This document shows, piece after piece, positions 27,912 through 37,432 of a DNA stretch of 64,000 bases. The notes beneath the pieces are model-generated. The model saw nothing but the letters and a program-made list of their open reading frames with translations. It was not told where the DNA came from and ran no database searches. The translations under genes were made by a program, and so were the position numbers. Origin of the DNA: Vulcanimicrobiota bacterium (GTDB lineage Bacteria; Vulcanimicrobiota; Xenobia; Xenobiales; JADMJV01); NCBI GenBank assembly GCA_050250895.1, contig JBFWNU010000002.1:256001-320000 (forward strand), given 5' to 3'. Position 1 is the first letter of the stretch. Every line of letters begins with the position of its first letter.

Positions 27912-28358
27912 ACGGGGGGCCACTTCGCCGTCGCCGCACCTTCATTCGGCAGCCTGGTATGCCGAATTCCGCAGTGGGGCTGCCGAATCGCCGACCCGCC
28001 CCCCGGCAGAGGCTGTTTGGGCTGGCCGAGGCCCGCGGCTCAATGGGCTGGCCTGGTGGCCAAAAGCGAAGGCGCAGCCCCATCGCCGCCAGCGGAAATT
28101 TCGCGAGCACTCATGTGGTGGCCGCGGCCGAGCTGCCAGGGACGCCCCCGTCCTCCGGGGGATTTCTGAAAAAAAGTTGCGAGCCGCGAGAAAATACTCA
28201 TCTCGCGACATCGCCGACAAACTTCCCGTCAGAGCCGCGCGAGAGCTCCGGAGCCGGCTTTTTTCAGGATTTCTGACGATCGTTTCATCGAGCCGCTTTC
28301 AAAGCCCGCACATCATCATCTGGGCACCCAAGAAATCCTATAACCACGCCGTTTTTAG

Positions 28359-28400
28359 CTGTTCGTAATTTTGCTCGAACAGCCCTCGCCTCGGTAGAAT
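28359..28400 (+). promoter_or_regulatory. Sigma70-like leaderless promoter with an inverted repeat over the -35
   Basis: CTGTTCG-N10-CGAACAG overlapping TTGCTC-N18-TAGAAT-N6-ATG. Confidence 0.6.
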
Positions 28401-28406
28401 AGGCGT

Positions 28407-29525
28407 ATGAAACCTCTTCAAGAATACACCCGCGAAGCCCTCACGCATCTCGAGCCCGAAGCTCTCCATCACATGGCCTGCCGCGCTTCCCTCGGCCTGG
28501 TCATCCACCGCATCCTCCTGGGCCGCTGCCTGCTGGCCCTTCAATCCACCGGTCGCTACCAAGACTTCGGTTGCAGCGGCCCCATCCACTACGCCATCCG
28601 CCTGCTCGGAGTGACCAAGAAGGAGGCCAACGCCTGTCGCCGCGTGGCCCGCCAACTCGAAGAACTGCCGCAGCTCACGGCCGCCGCCGAGGCGGGAAAG
28701 ATCGGCTGGGCGAAGCTGCGCGAGATCGCCAGCAAGGCTACGCCTGAAACCGAGAAGCTCTGGCTCGAGCTGGCCTCACAATACTCCACCTCGGTCATTC
28801 GCCGCCTCGTGGCAGCCACTCTCAAAGGAGGTCTGCCGGGCGAGCTGCCGCCGACCAAGGTCGAGAGCGAGGAGATCACCCTGCACCTCGACCCCGAGAC
28901 GACCGAGTTGCTGAAGCTGGTCTTGCATTCCCTCTCCCTCGGACGGGGCCGCAAGGTCGAGCTAAAGGAAGCCCTGGCCATCCTGCTGGCCCAGCATTTG
29001 CAGACCTCACCGGTCACCGAGAAGGACATCGAGGCGATACGCGCTCGAGCAGCCGCGGTGGCGGCCTCGCAGCAACGCAAACTGGCCGGGCCCATTCAGA
29101 GGGCGCACGAGTTGGCCCAGGAGCTGGGACTTCGTTCCCCGGGGGACGAGTGTTTCATGGCTACCACCGCCGTTGACGGGGACGAATGCCCCGGCAACCC
29201 CGAGGTCGAGCTCGCCCGTCGAGCCAAACCCCACTGGCGGCTCAGCTTCAACCCCAATGCTCGCGGGCTCACACCCGCCCAAACCGAGGTCCTCAAGGTT
29301 CGCGACTGCTACTGCTGCCAAACCCCCGATTGCCCCAATCACATCTGGTTACAATCCCACCACATCCGCTTCTTCGCCCTGGGCGGCCTGACCGTGCCGG
29401 CCAACTTGATCTTCCTGTGCACAGCCTGCCATCGCAACGTCCACGACGGCTTTCTTTTCATCGAGGGAACAGCCCCCGACGGCCTGACCTTCCGCGACCG
29501 CGAGGGCCGTCAATTCGAGCGATAA
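28407..29525 (+). CDS. DUF222-like plus HNH endonuclease (paralogue of 25268..26326)
   Basis: Shared RILLGRCLLA, GCxS/GxIH, LEELP and TPETE motifs; RDCYCCxxPDC...HH...GG.T...NL..LCTACH. Confidence 0.88.
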   Translation: MKPLQEYTREALTHLEPEALHHMACRASLGLVIHRILLGRCLLALQSTGRYQDFGCSGPIHYAIRLLGVTKKEANACRRVARQLEELPQLTAAAEAGKIGWAKLREIASKATPETEKLWLELASQYSTSVIRRLVAATLKGGLPGELPPTKVESEEITLHLDPETTELLKLVLHSLSLGRGRKVELKEALAILLAQHLQTSPVTEKDIEAIRARAAAVAASQQRKLAGPIQRAHELAQELGLRSPGDECFMATTAVDGDECPGNPEVELARRAKPHWRLSFNPNARGLTPAQTEVLKVRDCYCCQTPDCPNHIWLQSHHIRFFALGGLTVPANLIFLCTACHRNVHDGFLFIEGTAPDGLTFRDREGRQFER

Positions 29526-29892
29526 CGCGGATCGTTTTGCCAGGGCCGAACGTGGGATACTACGAGCGTGACGAGCTCGTTAGCCTCAGGTCCGCTGGTG
29601 AGACCGAAACCATGGGATACCCCTTCGATGCTCAAAGCATCTCTCGGGAAGAAGTCACCTGGGCGATCCGGTTCGCAGAATGCCTCGGAGCTCTCGTGCA
29701 GCTGAGGTCGATTCAGGGGGAGTCCTGGAGTCCATCTCCTCTATGACATCTTAAGAGACGGAGAGCCTGTGAGTCTCCGCTGGCTAGAAAACGGGGCTCG
29801 CTAATCCCGGGACTGAAACGGCCAAGTACAAAACAAGCGCCAACCTCCCGCGTCCCCCGCGGAACTCCGCGGTTGCCCCAAATGCCAGGCCC

Positions 29893-30288
29893 CTAGCCGA
29901 AGATCCCATCCTCGATCAGGGGACCCTGATACCTGTTCAGTTCTTCGAGATTATCGTCGGTAACTTGCAAGAGGTCGACCAGCATGGCCGAGCCCTCTTC
30001 GATCAACTCGAGGCCGGCCGCCGCGACTTGACCTCCCTCAGCCAAATCCCGCAACTGGCCCAACCCTTCGTAGATGGCCTGCAGCGCAGCGGCGGCGTCT
30101 TGCACGAGTTCGACCTCGTCCACATGCTCGTCGCCGGGAACGAGCTGTTCCAGGCGAGCGTGCCAGGCCTCGAGGCGGGCCTCCATCTGCTCGAGCCGCT
30201 CTAGAAAAACCGCTGGCGTGATGGCGCCAGCCTGAAGGTCCGCTACCAGGCGCCCGGCCTGCTCGTGCGGACTGTCGGGAAAACGCAT
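29893..30288 (-). CDS. Hypothetical helical protein
   Basis: Acidic, helical; FLERL motif shared with 51832..52347. Confidence 0.65.
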   Translation of the reverse strand: MRFPDSPHEQAGRLVADLQAGAITPAVFLERLEQMEARLEAWHARLEQLVPGDEHVDEVELVQDAAAALQAIYEGLGQLRDLAEGGQVAAAGLELIEEGSAMLVDLLQVTDDNLEELNRYQGPLIEDGIFG

Positions 30289-30383
30289 GCGATACCTTTC
30301 GAGCAAATTTGATCACAGTCATGTTCGCCACCCGACTTGAAGATTACTCTGACATCCTCAGGTTGTCTGAGGAGGTAACCCCC

Positions 30384-31007
30384 ATGAGAAAAATACGACT
30401 GATGGTGATGAGCCTGATCGTGGCTCTCACCCTGCCGCTCTACGCGGCTCCACTGTTTCCCGACGTTCCCGACGCCCATTGGGGCAGGGACGCGGTGGCG
30501 GCTTTGGCCGCCAAGGGTCTGGTTGAAGGCTACCCCGACGGTACCTTCAAGGGGGACCGGGCCGCGAGCCGCTGGGAAGTGGCCATGATCGTGGCCCGTC
30601 TGCTGGCAAAATGGAGCAGGCCCACGCTACTTTCGCAACCAAAGCCGAGCGGGTTATGACGTGACCGACGACTTCGCGGTGCGGGCGGGTTACACCCAAC
30701 TCGATGTCTTCGGCCATATCGACCCGCTGGGCGTATACAACAACTACGCCGCCACCATCGGTCAAACCCGATTCAACAACTGGGATATCACCCAGGGCAT
30801 CCCTGAACTCGGCTTCGACTGGAACATCTCGGACAAGACCACCTGGAGCCCGACCTTCAAGTACTATGACGAGACCGACCACCTTGCTAGCAGGGTGACT
30901 CCGTCCCCGACGGTACCGGCTCTCAACGTAGCCCTGGGCCCGCAGTCGCGCACCCGTTCAGCTATGAAGGCGTCCAGGTGATGTCGACCTTCTCGCTCAA
31001 GTTCTAG
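30384..31007 (+). pseudogene. SLH-domain outer-membrane barrel protein, internally deleted and frameshifted
   Basis: Signal peptide and SLH (FPDVP..HW..EGYPDGTFKG..SRWE), frameshift near 30610, jump near 30650 to barrel strands, second frameshift, C-terminal STFSLKF*. Confidence 0.75.
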
Positions 31008-31019
31008 AGGGTGGACCCA

Positions 31020-31052
31020 GGTCCGGCCGGGCAACCGGTCGGGCCTCTTTTA
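31020..31052 (+). terminator. Rho-independent terminator
   Basis: GGTCCGGCCGG-gcaa-CCGGTCGGGCC followed by TCTTTT. Confidence 0.7.
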
Positions 31053-32501
31053 TTTGCGCGCGTCGGCGGGCAGGTGGGTCTTGAGCTGGCGATAGAGATC
31101 GTCGGCTCCCTCGAGGCTGGCCGGGTCGAGGTTCATACCGGGTGTGAAAGCGAGAAACGGCCGGTCCTGACCCAGCCCGATACCCCCGTGCAGGCCGCGG
31201 AAGTCGCCGGTCGAGAAGTCGATCTGACCGTCACGGTAGTTTTCGCCGTAGACGATGATGTCGCCGCCGTTGGGCCGGTGGGCCTGACGGTGCAACTGGC
31301 GGGCCAAAAGCTCGGTGGGCCCAAAACGGGCCAGGGGATCCTCGCCCTGGATCTTGACCCCCTCTGCGTCGACCTTGACCGAGCCCTCCTTGCCCTCGAT
31401 CAGGGTGGCCTGACCGGCTCGCGTGACCACCAGGGCGACGCCCTGATGTTGCTTGAGGCTTGCCACGACGCCGGCCGGCAATTGGTCGCGCTCGAGCAGG
31501 CCCGGTAGAGCCGTGAAATAGAGATTGGCTCCCGAGCCGAAATCGAGCGAGAGGACCGTCTGGCCGCTCAGCTTCTCGGTCAGCTCCTGGATGGATTGAC
31601 CGTAGAGGTCGTCGAAGTGATAGGCGAAGACCTGGCCGTGGTCAGCCAGCAGGGCCATCTGATAGGGACGCTCGGCCCGGTCCATGCCTTCGAAGAGCAC
31701 CTTCAGGTCGCGGTCGACATACTTGAGCGAATCGAAAGCGATCGGTCCCGGCCCATGAGGATGGGACAAGCCATCGAAGTGGGCCAGGTCGACATACATC
31801 ACCGGCTCGCCCCGCTTCATTTCGGCGGCCATCGCGTGGACGGCCGCGTCGGAGGCAAAGGCCTCCTTGACGGCGTCTTTGACGATGGTGCCCAGAGGCC
31901 GGTGGGTCTGGTCGCGCAGTCGCCACTCGCTCCAGATTCGCCGGCTGATATGGACGGCTGTCTGGGCGGCGTGGGCGGGATGGGCCAACAGGAATTTGCC
32001 CAGGTGGAGAGCCTCCCTGGCCGTTTCCTTGAGGCCGTCTCCTTTGGCCTGATGGGCGGCCATGTCGCTGAGGGTGAAATAGGCCTTCTCCGAGGGCGCT
32101 CCCCCCGAAAGCGGCGAGACATAGACCGAGCCATGCTCGAGCAGGCCCTGGTTGCGGGCGGCCAGTTCACCATCGACTTCGTGGGCTTTGGTCAGCGACG
32201 AGCCGTCGCGGATCTGGCCGGCCGCCTTGTCGTAGTACTGATTGCCGGGTAGCATCTCGCCGTAGAGAAAGCCGCCGACCACCACCGAGGTTTGGCTGGG
32301 CAGGCCACAGCGATACTCGGAAAGCTCCAGCGCGCCCTGTTTGAGGCGTTGATGCAGGTTGGGCATCAGACCCTGGTTGATGGCTCGATCGAGATGATCG
32401 GCCGAAAGCCCGTCGATCTGAACGATCAGCAATCCGGGCTCCTGGGCTTGTTTTGTCTTGATTGGCCGGTGAGCAGGCAGTGAGGCTGGTTGAACCCTCA
32501 T
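31050..32501 (-). CDS. Alkaline phosphatase/nucleotide pyrophosphatase superfamily protein
   Basis: QIDGLS, LPSQT, D..SH..GP, ADHGQ and HGG motifs. No Sec signal. Confidence 0.85.
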   Translation of the reverse strand: MRVQPASLPAHRPIKTKQAQEPGLLIVQIDGLSADHLDRAINQGLMPNLHQRLKQGALELSEYRCGLPSQTSVVVGGFLYGEMLPGNQYYDKAAGQIRDGSSLTKAHEVDGELAARNQGLLEHGSVYVSPLSGGAPSEKAYFTLSDMAAHQAKGDGLKETAREALHLGKFLLAHPAHAAQTAVHISRRIWSEWRLRDQTHRPLGTIVKDAVKEAFASDAAVHAMAAEMKRGEPVMYVDLAHFDGLSHPHGPGPIAFDSLKYVDRDLKVLFEGMDRAERPYQMALLADHGQVFAYHFDDLYGQSIQELTEKLSGQTVLSLDFGSGANLYFTALPGLLERDQLPAGVVASLKQHQGVALVVTRAGQATLIEGKEGSVKVDAEGVKIQGEDPLARFGPTELLARQLHRQAHRPNGGDIIVYGENYRDGQIDFSTGDFRGLHGGIGLGQDRPFLAFTPGMNLDPASLEGADDLYRQLKTHLPADARK

Positions 32502-32600
32502 GGGCATAGCATGCCTTAGCCGGGCGACTGGGCTTGTTGCGGCCTTGTAAACCTTGCCCGGAGCAAGTATGGGCGACCGGGATGACGAAGGGCCGGCTAT

Positions 32601-34784
32601 ATGTCCCAAGAGCTGATCAAGGCCGTCGAGGCCAATTCATTAAAGCGCGTCGAGGAACTGTTACAGGCCGGGGCCGATCCCAACGCGACCAAAGGCAAGA
32701 AACACGTCTATCACCTGGTCCACCCGCGTCGCGACGATATCCGCTGCGCTCTGATCGAGGCTGGAGCCTGGCTGCCCGAGATGGTCAATCAACTGGTGTG
32801 GGCGGTGACCACCGGTCGCGTGGCGACCGTGGCCGCCCTGGTCGAGAAGGGGGCCGACCTCCACGTCGAGACGTACTCTGGGCTGCCCCTGGCTGCCGCC
32901 GCCGGGCGTGGTCATCTCGACATCGTCGAGTATCTCTTGAAGGCGGGCGCCGATCCGAATTCCGCGGGTGGTCTTCATACGGCTCTAACGGGGGCCATTA
33001 CGGGTGGCCACACCCAGGTGGTGCTGGCTTTGCTTAAAGGCGGCGCCGATCCCGAGGTCGTGCCGCAGCACACCACGGTAACACCGCTCGCCATGGCCTG
33101 CGTCTTCGGTCACGCCGAGATGGTGCGGGCGCTGCTCGAAGCCGGAGCTGATCTCCATCGCCCCAGCAGTTTTGTCACCTTGCCCGAAGGTAAGTTGGCG
33201 CCGGCCAACTCTACGCCGCTCCAGCTGGCTCGCCTGGCTGGCCAGGCTGAGTTGGTCAAGATCTTGCTCGAAGCCGGAGCGGTAGAGGCAGCCAGCGGCG
33301 ATCCGGCCGAGCAAGAACTGCTCGAGGCCTGTCGCCACGGTCAGGCCGAACGGCTCGAAGGGGCCCTGGCGTCCGGCACCAATCCCGATTCGCGCGAACC
33401 CGAGGACGAAAGCGCAGCCTCGATGGCCCGCCACCTGGGGGTCGACCAGCTGCGGAAGATGGGACTCAGTCTGGGACGCACCGGCCTCATGCTGGCGCTT
33501 GAACATGGGCATCCGGAGCTTGCACTTCGCCTGCTAGCCGCCGGCGCCGACCCTGAAGCCACCGATTCGGCCGGCCAGTTTCCGCTGTTGCTGGCCTGCC
33601 AGCAAGGCTTCCAAGCAGCGGCTAGCGCTCTGATCGAAGCCGGGGCCAGGCCCGCGCGACAAGCCTGCGATAAAGCCAGCAGCCTGACCGTGGCCATCGA
33701 GGCGGGTCACCCGCAGCTGGCTCTTTGGCTGCTCGACTTCCCGGCCGTGGGCCAGCAGAAGGCCCTGCTCAATCAGGCCCTTTCCCTGGCCTGCCAGCAC
33801 TGCCAGACCGAGGTGATCCGAGCCCTGCTCGCGCTGGGCGCCAGGACCAAAGCGGCTCTGGCCGAGGTCGCCGGGTCGGCCCGATGGGTAGACGACGCGG
33901 CCGGGGCACCCACCCTCTCGAAACAGTACAACGATCAAGGCGTTCGTTACCTGGTAGCCTTCTCGGAAGACGAGATGTTGGCGGCCGTCGAGGTGCTTTT
34001 GGCGGCCGGGGTCGACCCAAAGATCGAGGGGTCGCTGGGCACGCCTCTGGCCGGAGCTGCCCGCTATGGCTACCTGAGGCTGGCTCGACGACTGTTAGAG
34101 GCCGGAGCCGAGGTCGACTCGGTCGCTCTCGAGACGGCCAGGCTCTACGGCCACCACCAGCTGGCCGAAGAGCTGGCCGGTCACGGGCCCGCCTCGGTCA
34201 CCCCTGAGGTTTCACCTCAACCCGAGCCAGAATTTCGTTATCGCCGAGCCCGTCGGCCCTCGCTACGCCGAGCCGCGCAGAGCCAACGCTTCCAGGCGGC
34301 CCTGGCCGAATTGGCCGAGCTTTGCGGCAGTAAGCCCATCGAGCTCACCGAGCAGCCGGGCGCCTTTCGGCTCTATGTAAAGTCCGACCGCGACTTCTCG
34401 CTCGAGGTAGTGCAGGACGATTTTCTGCCGCGCGGTTGTGTGGTGGTGCAGACCAGCGGTCCCGACCATTTGCTGGTGATCCCTGGCAAAGACCCGCTGC
34501 GGGCTCTGGCCGTGATGCAGACCGATGGAGTCAACTGCGACGTGGGTAGCGGCAACCTGATTGACTGGCTCTCCGAGCTGGCCCAGCGTCACCCGTTTCG
34601 GTTGGTGAGCGTGAACTATGATACCGTGACCGGTCGTTTTCTCGCTCCCATCGACGACGCTCTAGCCCTGGCGAAAGAGCTCTATCAGTGGTGCCCTGAC
34701 ATTGTCGAACAAGGCTGCGAAACGGTGGAAGAGCTGGCCCGTCAGCTGGAAAAGAGCGGACAGCTGTATCTGTGGTGGGACTAG
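32601..34784 (+). CDS. Ankyrin-repeat protein with C-terminal DUF4253-like domain
   Basis: Many TPL..A..GH....LL.AGAD repeats; ends CPDIVEQG...LWWD. Confidence 0.88.
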   Translation: MSQELIKAVEANSLKRVEELLQAGADPNATKGKKHVYHLVHPRRDDIRCALIEAGAWLPEMVNQLVWAVTTGRVATVAALVEKGADLHVETYSGLPLAAAAGRGHLDIVEYLLKAGADPNSAGGLHTALTGAITGGHTQVVLALLKGGADPEVVPQHTTVTPLAMACVFGHAEMVRALLEAGADLHRPSSFVTLPEGKLAPANSTPLQLARLAGQAELVKILLEAGAVEAASGDPAEQELLEACRHGQAERLEGALASGTNPDSREPEDESAASMARHLGVDQLRKMGLSLGRTGLMLALEHGHPELALRLLAAGADPEATDSAGQFPLLLACQQGFQAAASALIEAGARPARQACDKASSLTVAIEAGHPQLALWLLDFPAVGQQKALLNQALSLACQHCQTEVIRALLALGARTKAALAEVAGSARWVDDAAGAPTLSKQYNDQGVRYLVAFSEDEMLAAVEVLLAAGVDPKIEGSLGTPLAGAARYGYLRLARRLLEAGAEVDSVALETARLYGHHQLAEELAGHGPASVTPEVSPQPEPEFRYRRARRPSLRRAAQSQRFQAALAELAELCGSKPIELTEQPGAFRLYVKSDRDFSLEVVQDDFLPRGCVVVQTSGPDHLLVIPGKDPLRALAVMQTDGVNCDVGSGNLIDWLSELAQRHPFRLVSVNYDTVTGRFLAPIDDALALAKELYQWCPDIVEQGCETVEELARQLEKSGQLYLWWD

Positions 34785-34901
34785 CGAATCGGGTGGCTCT
34801 GAGTCTGGGCCCATCCTCTCCCCGCCACGGCTGGGTTTCGAAAATGTTAGGGTTTTTTAAGGTTGTCGGGCTAGCCTGAGAGCAACAGGAGGGGTGTGCC
34901 C

Positions 34902-35330
34902 ATGAGGATCAATGCTAACCCTATCCAACCGACTCATACTCCACCACTCTTACAAGCTTCAAATCAGACCCAGGCGCCGACCTGGGCCGACTGCTTCGAG
35001 CAAGGCTCGCTCAAGATGTGCCGTCAAAATGGCGCTCTGGTCGGAGGCCTGGCCGGTCTGGCCGGGGTTGGGCTGCTGGCCGGCGCTTTGCCTGCTTCGC
35101 TTCCCAGCCATCCTTTGGTTACGCTGTCGGCCCTGGCCATGGGGGGCGTGGTAGGCGCCGTCTGTGGCGCCGAGATCAACGCCCATCTTGGTATCAAGGT
35201 GGGTGAGTGGGGCGCGGGTCTGGCCGAAAAGGCCGGCGGCTCGTCACAGTGGGGACGGGCCGGAGCCCGGACCGCTTTTGCTATGCTACCGTTCGCCGTC
35301 GGCATCGGGGCCGCCCTGGCAATGGGCTGA
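34902..35330 (+). CDS. Gly-rich membrane protein with disordered N-terminal leader
   Basis: AGGAGG RBS; glycine-zipper helices; resembles 13572..14039. Confidence 0.7.
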   Translation: MRINANPIQPTHTPPLLQASNQTQAPTWADCFEQGSLKMCRQNGALVGGLAGLAGVGLLAGALPASLPSHPLVTLSALAMGGVVGAVCGAEINAHLGIKVGEWGAGLAEKAGGSSQWGRAGARTAFAMLPFAVGIGAALAMG

Positions 35331-35347
35331 TTGGGGGCTATATCGTG

Positions 35348-35953
35348 ATGAAATTAGAAATCAATTCCATCGGCTACTATGAGCGCAACGCCGAGGCCTT
35401 CTTGGAGAGAACGACAAGAGCCGACGTGTCGAGTCTGTACGAGCCGTTTCTGCGCCGTCTGCCTGAAGGCGGGCACATTCTGGATGTAGGCTGCGGGTCG
35501 GGTCGCGACGCGGCCGCCTTTCTCAAGCTGGGCTTTCGAGTGACGGCCACCGACCCTTCCAAGGCGATGGTCGAGGCCAGCAGCCGGCTGACCGGTCAGC
35601 CTACGCTCAAGCTGGCTTTCTGGGACCTCAAGTTCGAGCGCGAGTTCGACGGAATTTGGGCCTGCGCCAGTCTGCTCCATGTGCCCAAGGTCGAGATGAA
35701 CCTGGTATTGCACCGGCTCATTCGAGCGCTCAAGCCAGGAGGTTGGATCTATCTGTCCTTCAAGCATGGGAATAGTGAGCGAGTCGAACACGGTCGTCTC
35801 TTCAACGACTACACCGAGGATTTGTTTCGACCCATTCTGGCCTTGCAGACCTCGCTGACCATCGAGCGAATCTGGATCACCGACGATCAGCGACCGGCTC
35901 GGACGGAGAAGTGGCTCAACATCCTGGCTCGTCGCAACACGGCTGCCATTTAA
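35348..35953 (+). CDS. Class I SAM-dependent methyltransferase
   Basis: ILDVGCGSGRD, FDGIWACASLLH, LKPGG. Confidence 0.92.
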   Translation: MKLEINSIGYYERNAEAFLERTTRADVSSLYEPFLRRLPEGGHILDVGCGSGRDAAAFLKLGFRVTATDPSKAMVEASSRLTGQPTLKLAFWDLKFEREFDGIWACASLLHVPKVEMNLVLHRLIRALKPGGWIYLSFKHGNSERVEHGRLFNDYTEDLFRPILALQTSLTIERIWITDDQRPARTEKWLNILARRNTAAI

Positions 35954-36021
35954 CACAAATGCAATAGGCAGGTCCCTCTGTCAGCGTTATGCTTGCCATG
36001 CGCGGACGGAAGGATTGCTCA

Positions 36022-36588
36022 ATGAACGTCTCGCTGCCCCCGGCCGGCGCCAATCTACGCCGCCTGGCTCCACCCACCACCTCGGCCGCTCAGCCCTCTA
36101 CTCCTAGCGTGCTGGACTCGGTCGAGTTCGATTCGGCCCCCCCAACGAAACATCGCTGGCTCAAAGCCGGATTGGTGGCCCTGGGCGCGGTAGTGGCAGT
36201 GGGCGCTGCGGCCGCCCCCGCTCAGGCCCAGAACTACTCGACCATCGCTCCCACCGGTCATCCCACCTATTTTGGCACCATTCCCGGTCCGGTCTCGCGC
36301 CCCCAGCCTCGCAGCTACCCCGGGGCCGGCTATAGCTACAGCCTCGGCCCGACCGGCGCCTACATTCATCGCGACCACGGCTCCCATGGCCTGACCGTCG
36401 GACCCAACGGCGCTTATTATCACGGCAACGGCTACACGGTGGGGCCCCATGGGGCCATCCCTCACAGCTCGATCTATCGCGGCAACGGCTATAGCATCGG
36501 TCCCTGGGGCACGGCCGTCCACCGCAATTTCGGTCATTACTCGATCACGGTAGGTCCCCAGGGCACTGCCTTCCACTTTCATCGCTAG
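36022..36588 (+). CDS. Hypothetical protein with GPxG beta-hairpin repeats
   Basis: Disordered leader, hydrophobic segment ending AQA, five (S/T)(L/V/I)GPxG repeats. Confidence 0.7.
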   Translation: MNVSLPPAGANLRRLAPPTTSAAQPSTPSVLDSVEFDSAPPTKHRWLKAGLVALGAVVAVGAAAAPAQAQNYSTIAPTGHPTYFGTIPGPVSRPQPRSYPGAGYSYSLGPTGAYIHRDHGSHGLTVGPNGAYYHGNGYTVGPHGAIPHSSIYRGNGYSIGPWGTAVHRNFGHYSITVGPQGTAFHFHR

Positions 36589-36621
36589 GAGGGCCGGTGG
36601 CGGCCGTGGAAGCAGGCTCGG

Positions 36622-36948
36622 ATGGAGCTAGCCTATTCCTCTGACCCCGATTGGTGCTCGCAATGCAAGCACCTGCCCTGCCAGTGTCAGAAGAAGCTCT
36701 CGCGCACCACCGGCACTGGCAAGGTGAAGATGCGGCGCGAGCGGCGCCGGGGCAAAGACACCATCGTCATCTTCGAAACCCGCATGGCTAAACCGGCCCT
36801 GCAAGAGCTACTCAAGCTCATTCAGAAGAGCTGCGGGGCCGGGGGCACGGTCAAGGGCGACACCATCGAGATTCAGGGAGACCATCGCGACAAGATCCAG
36901 ACTCTGTTAGAAGAGCAGGGCCTGAAGGTCACTCGAGCCGGGGGTTAG
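36622..36948 (+). CDS. yciH: SUI1/YciH translation initiation factor homologue
   Basis: RRGK..., K.CGAGGTVK..IEIQGDHR..., AGG C-terminus; N-terminal CxxC. Confidence 0.88.
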   Translation: MELAYSSDPDWCSQCKHLPCQCQKKLSRTTGTGKVKMRRERRRGKDTIVIFETRMAKPALQELLKLIQKSCGAGGTVKGDTIEIQGDHRDKIQTLLEEQGLKVTRAGG

Positions 36949-36955
36949 GGCAAAG

Positions 36956-36980
36956 AAAAAGCCCCGGCTTTCGCCGGGGC
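36956..36980 (-). terminator. Rho-independent terminator
   Basis: Minus strand GCCCCGGC-gaaa-GCCGGGGC-TTTTT. Confidence 0.8.
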
Positions 36981-37038
36981 GGTCCAACCAATGCTCATCT
37001 CACTAAAGACAGAGTAGTCTGTGAGCGTCAAGGAACCG

Positions 37039-37398
37039 TTAAATGCGCCGGCGGGTCTTGTCAGCGAGCTCGTGCTTGCCGAGCTTCTCGTAGAGGCTGG
37101 CCAACTCTTCCATCACTTCAGATTCGGGGTGGCCCTGGAGATACTTCTGGTAGTGCACCACAGCCAGGGCTCTGCGTTCAGTAGCACCCAGCAGACGGGC
37201 ACAGCTCAAGCTGTGCCGGACATCCTCGCCGGCCAGCTCCATGAAGTAACGAATCAGTGCCTTGTCTTGCCCGCCCGAAGCTGCGATGGCCTCGCGCAGA
37301 ATACCTTCGTCGCCGGGATTGGCTCGAATGCGCTCGTCGAGTTCTGGGGGCAAGTTCATCTTTTGGCCCCCACTGGAGCCGCCAAGTATTCCACCCAT
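37039..37398 (-). CDS. Small TPR-like hypothetical protein
   Basis: A..HYQKYL..HP....ELASLYEKLG helical pattern. Confidence 0.6.
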   Translation of the reverse strand: MGGILGGSSGGQKMNLPPELDERIRANPGDEGILREAIAASGGQDKALIRYFMELAGEDVRHSLSCARLLGATERRALAVVHYQKYLQGHPESEVMEELASLYEKLGKHELADKTRRRI

Positions 37399-37432
37399 GT
37401 TGGGCCCTTCTAGCTTGTGGGGGCGGGTCCTG

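Noticed and set aside
28359-28382. LexA SOS box
   Set aside because: Half-sites are in the opposite orientation and spacing to CGAAC-N4-GTTCG.
29526-29880. Short ORF fragment and small palindromes after HNH gene 2
   Set aside because: No clear start or homology, and it does not match the 28-bp repeat.
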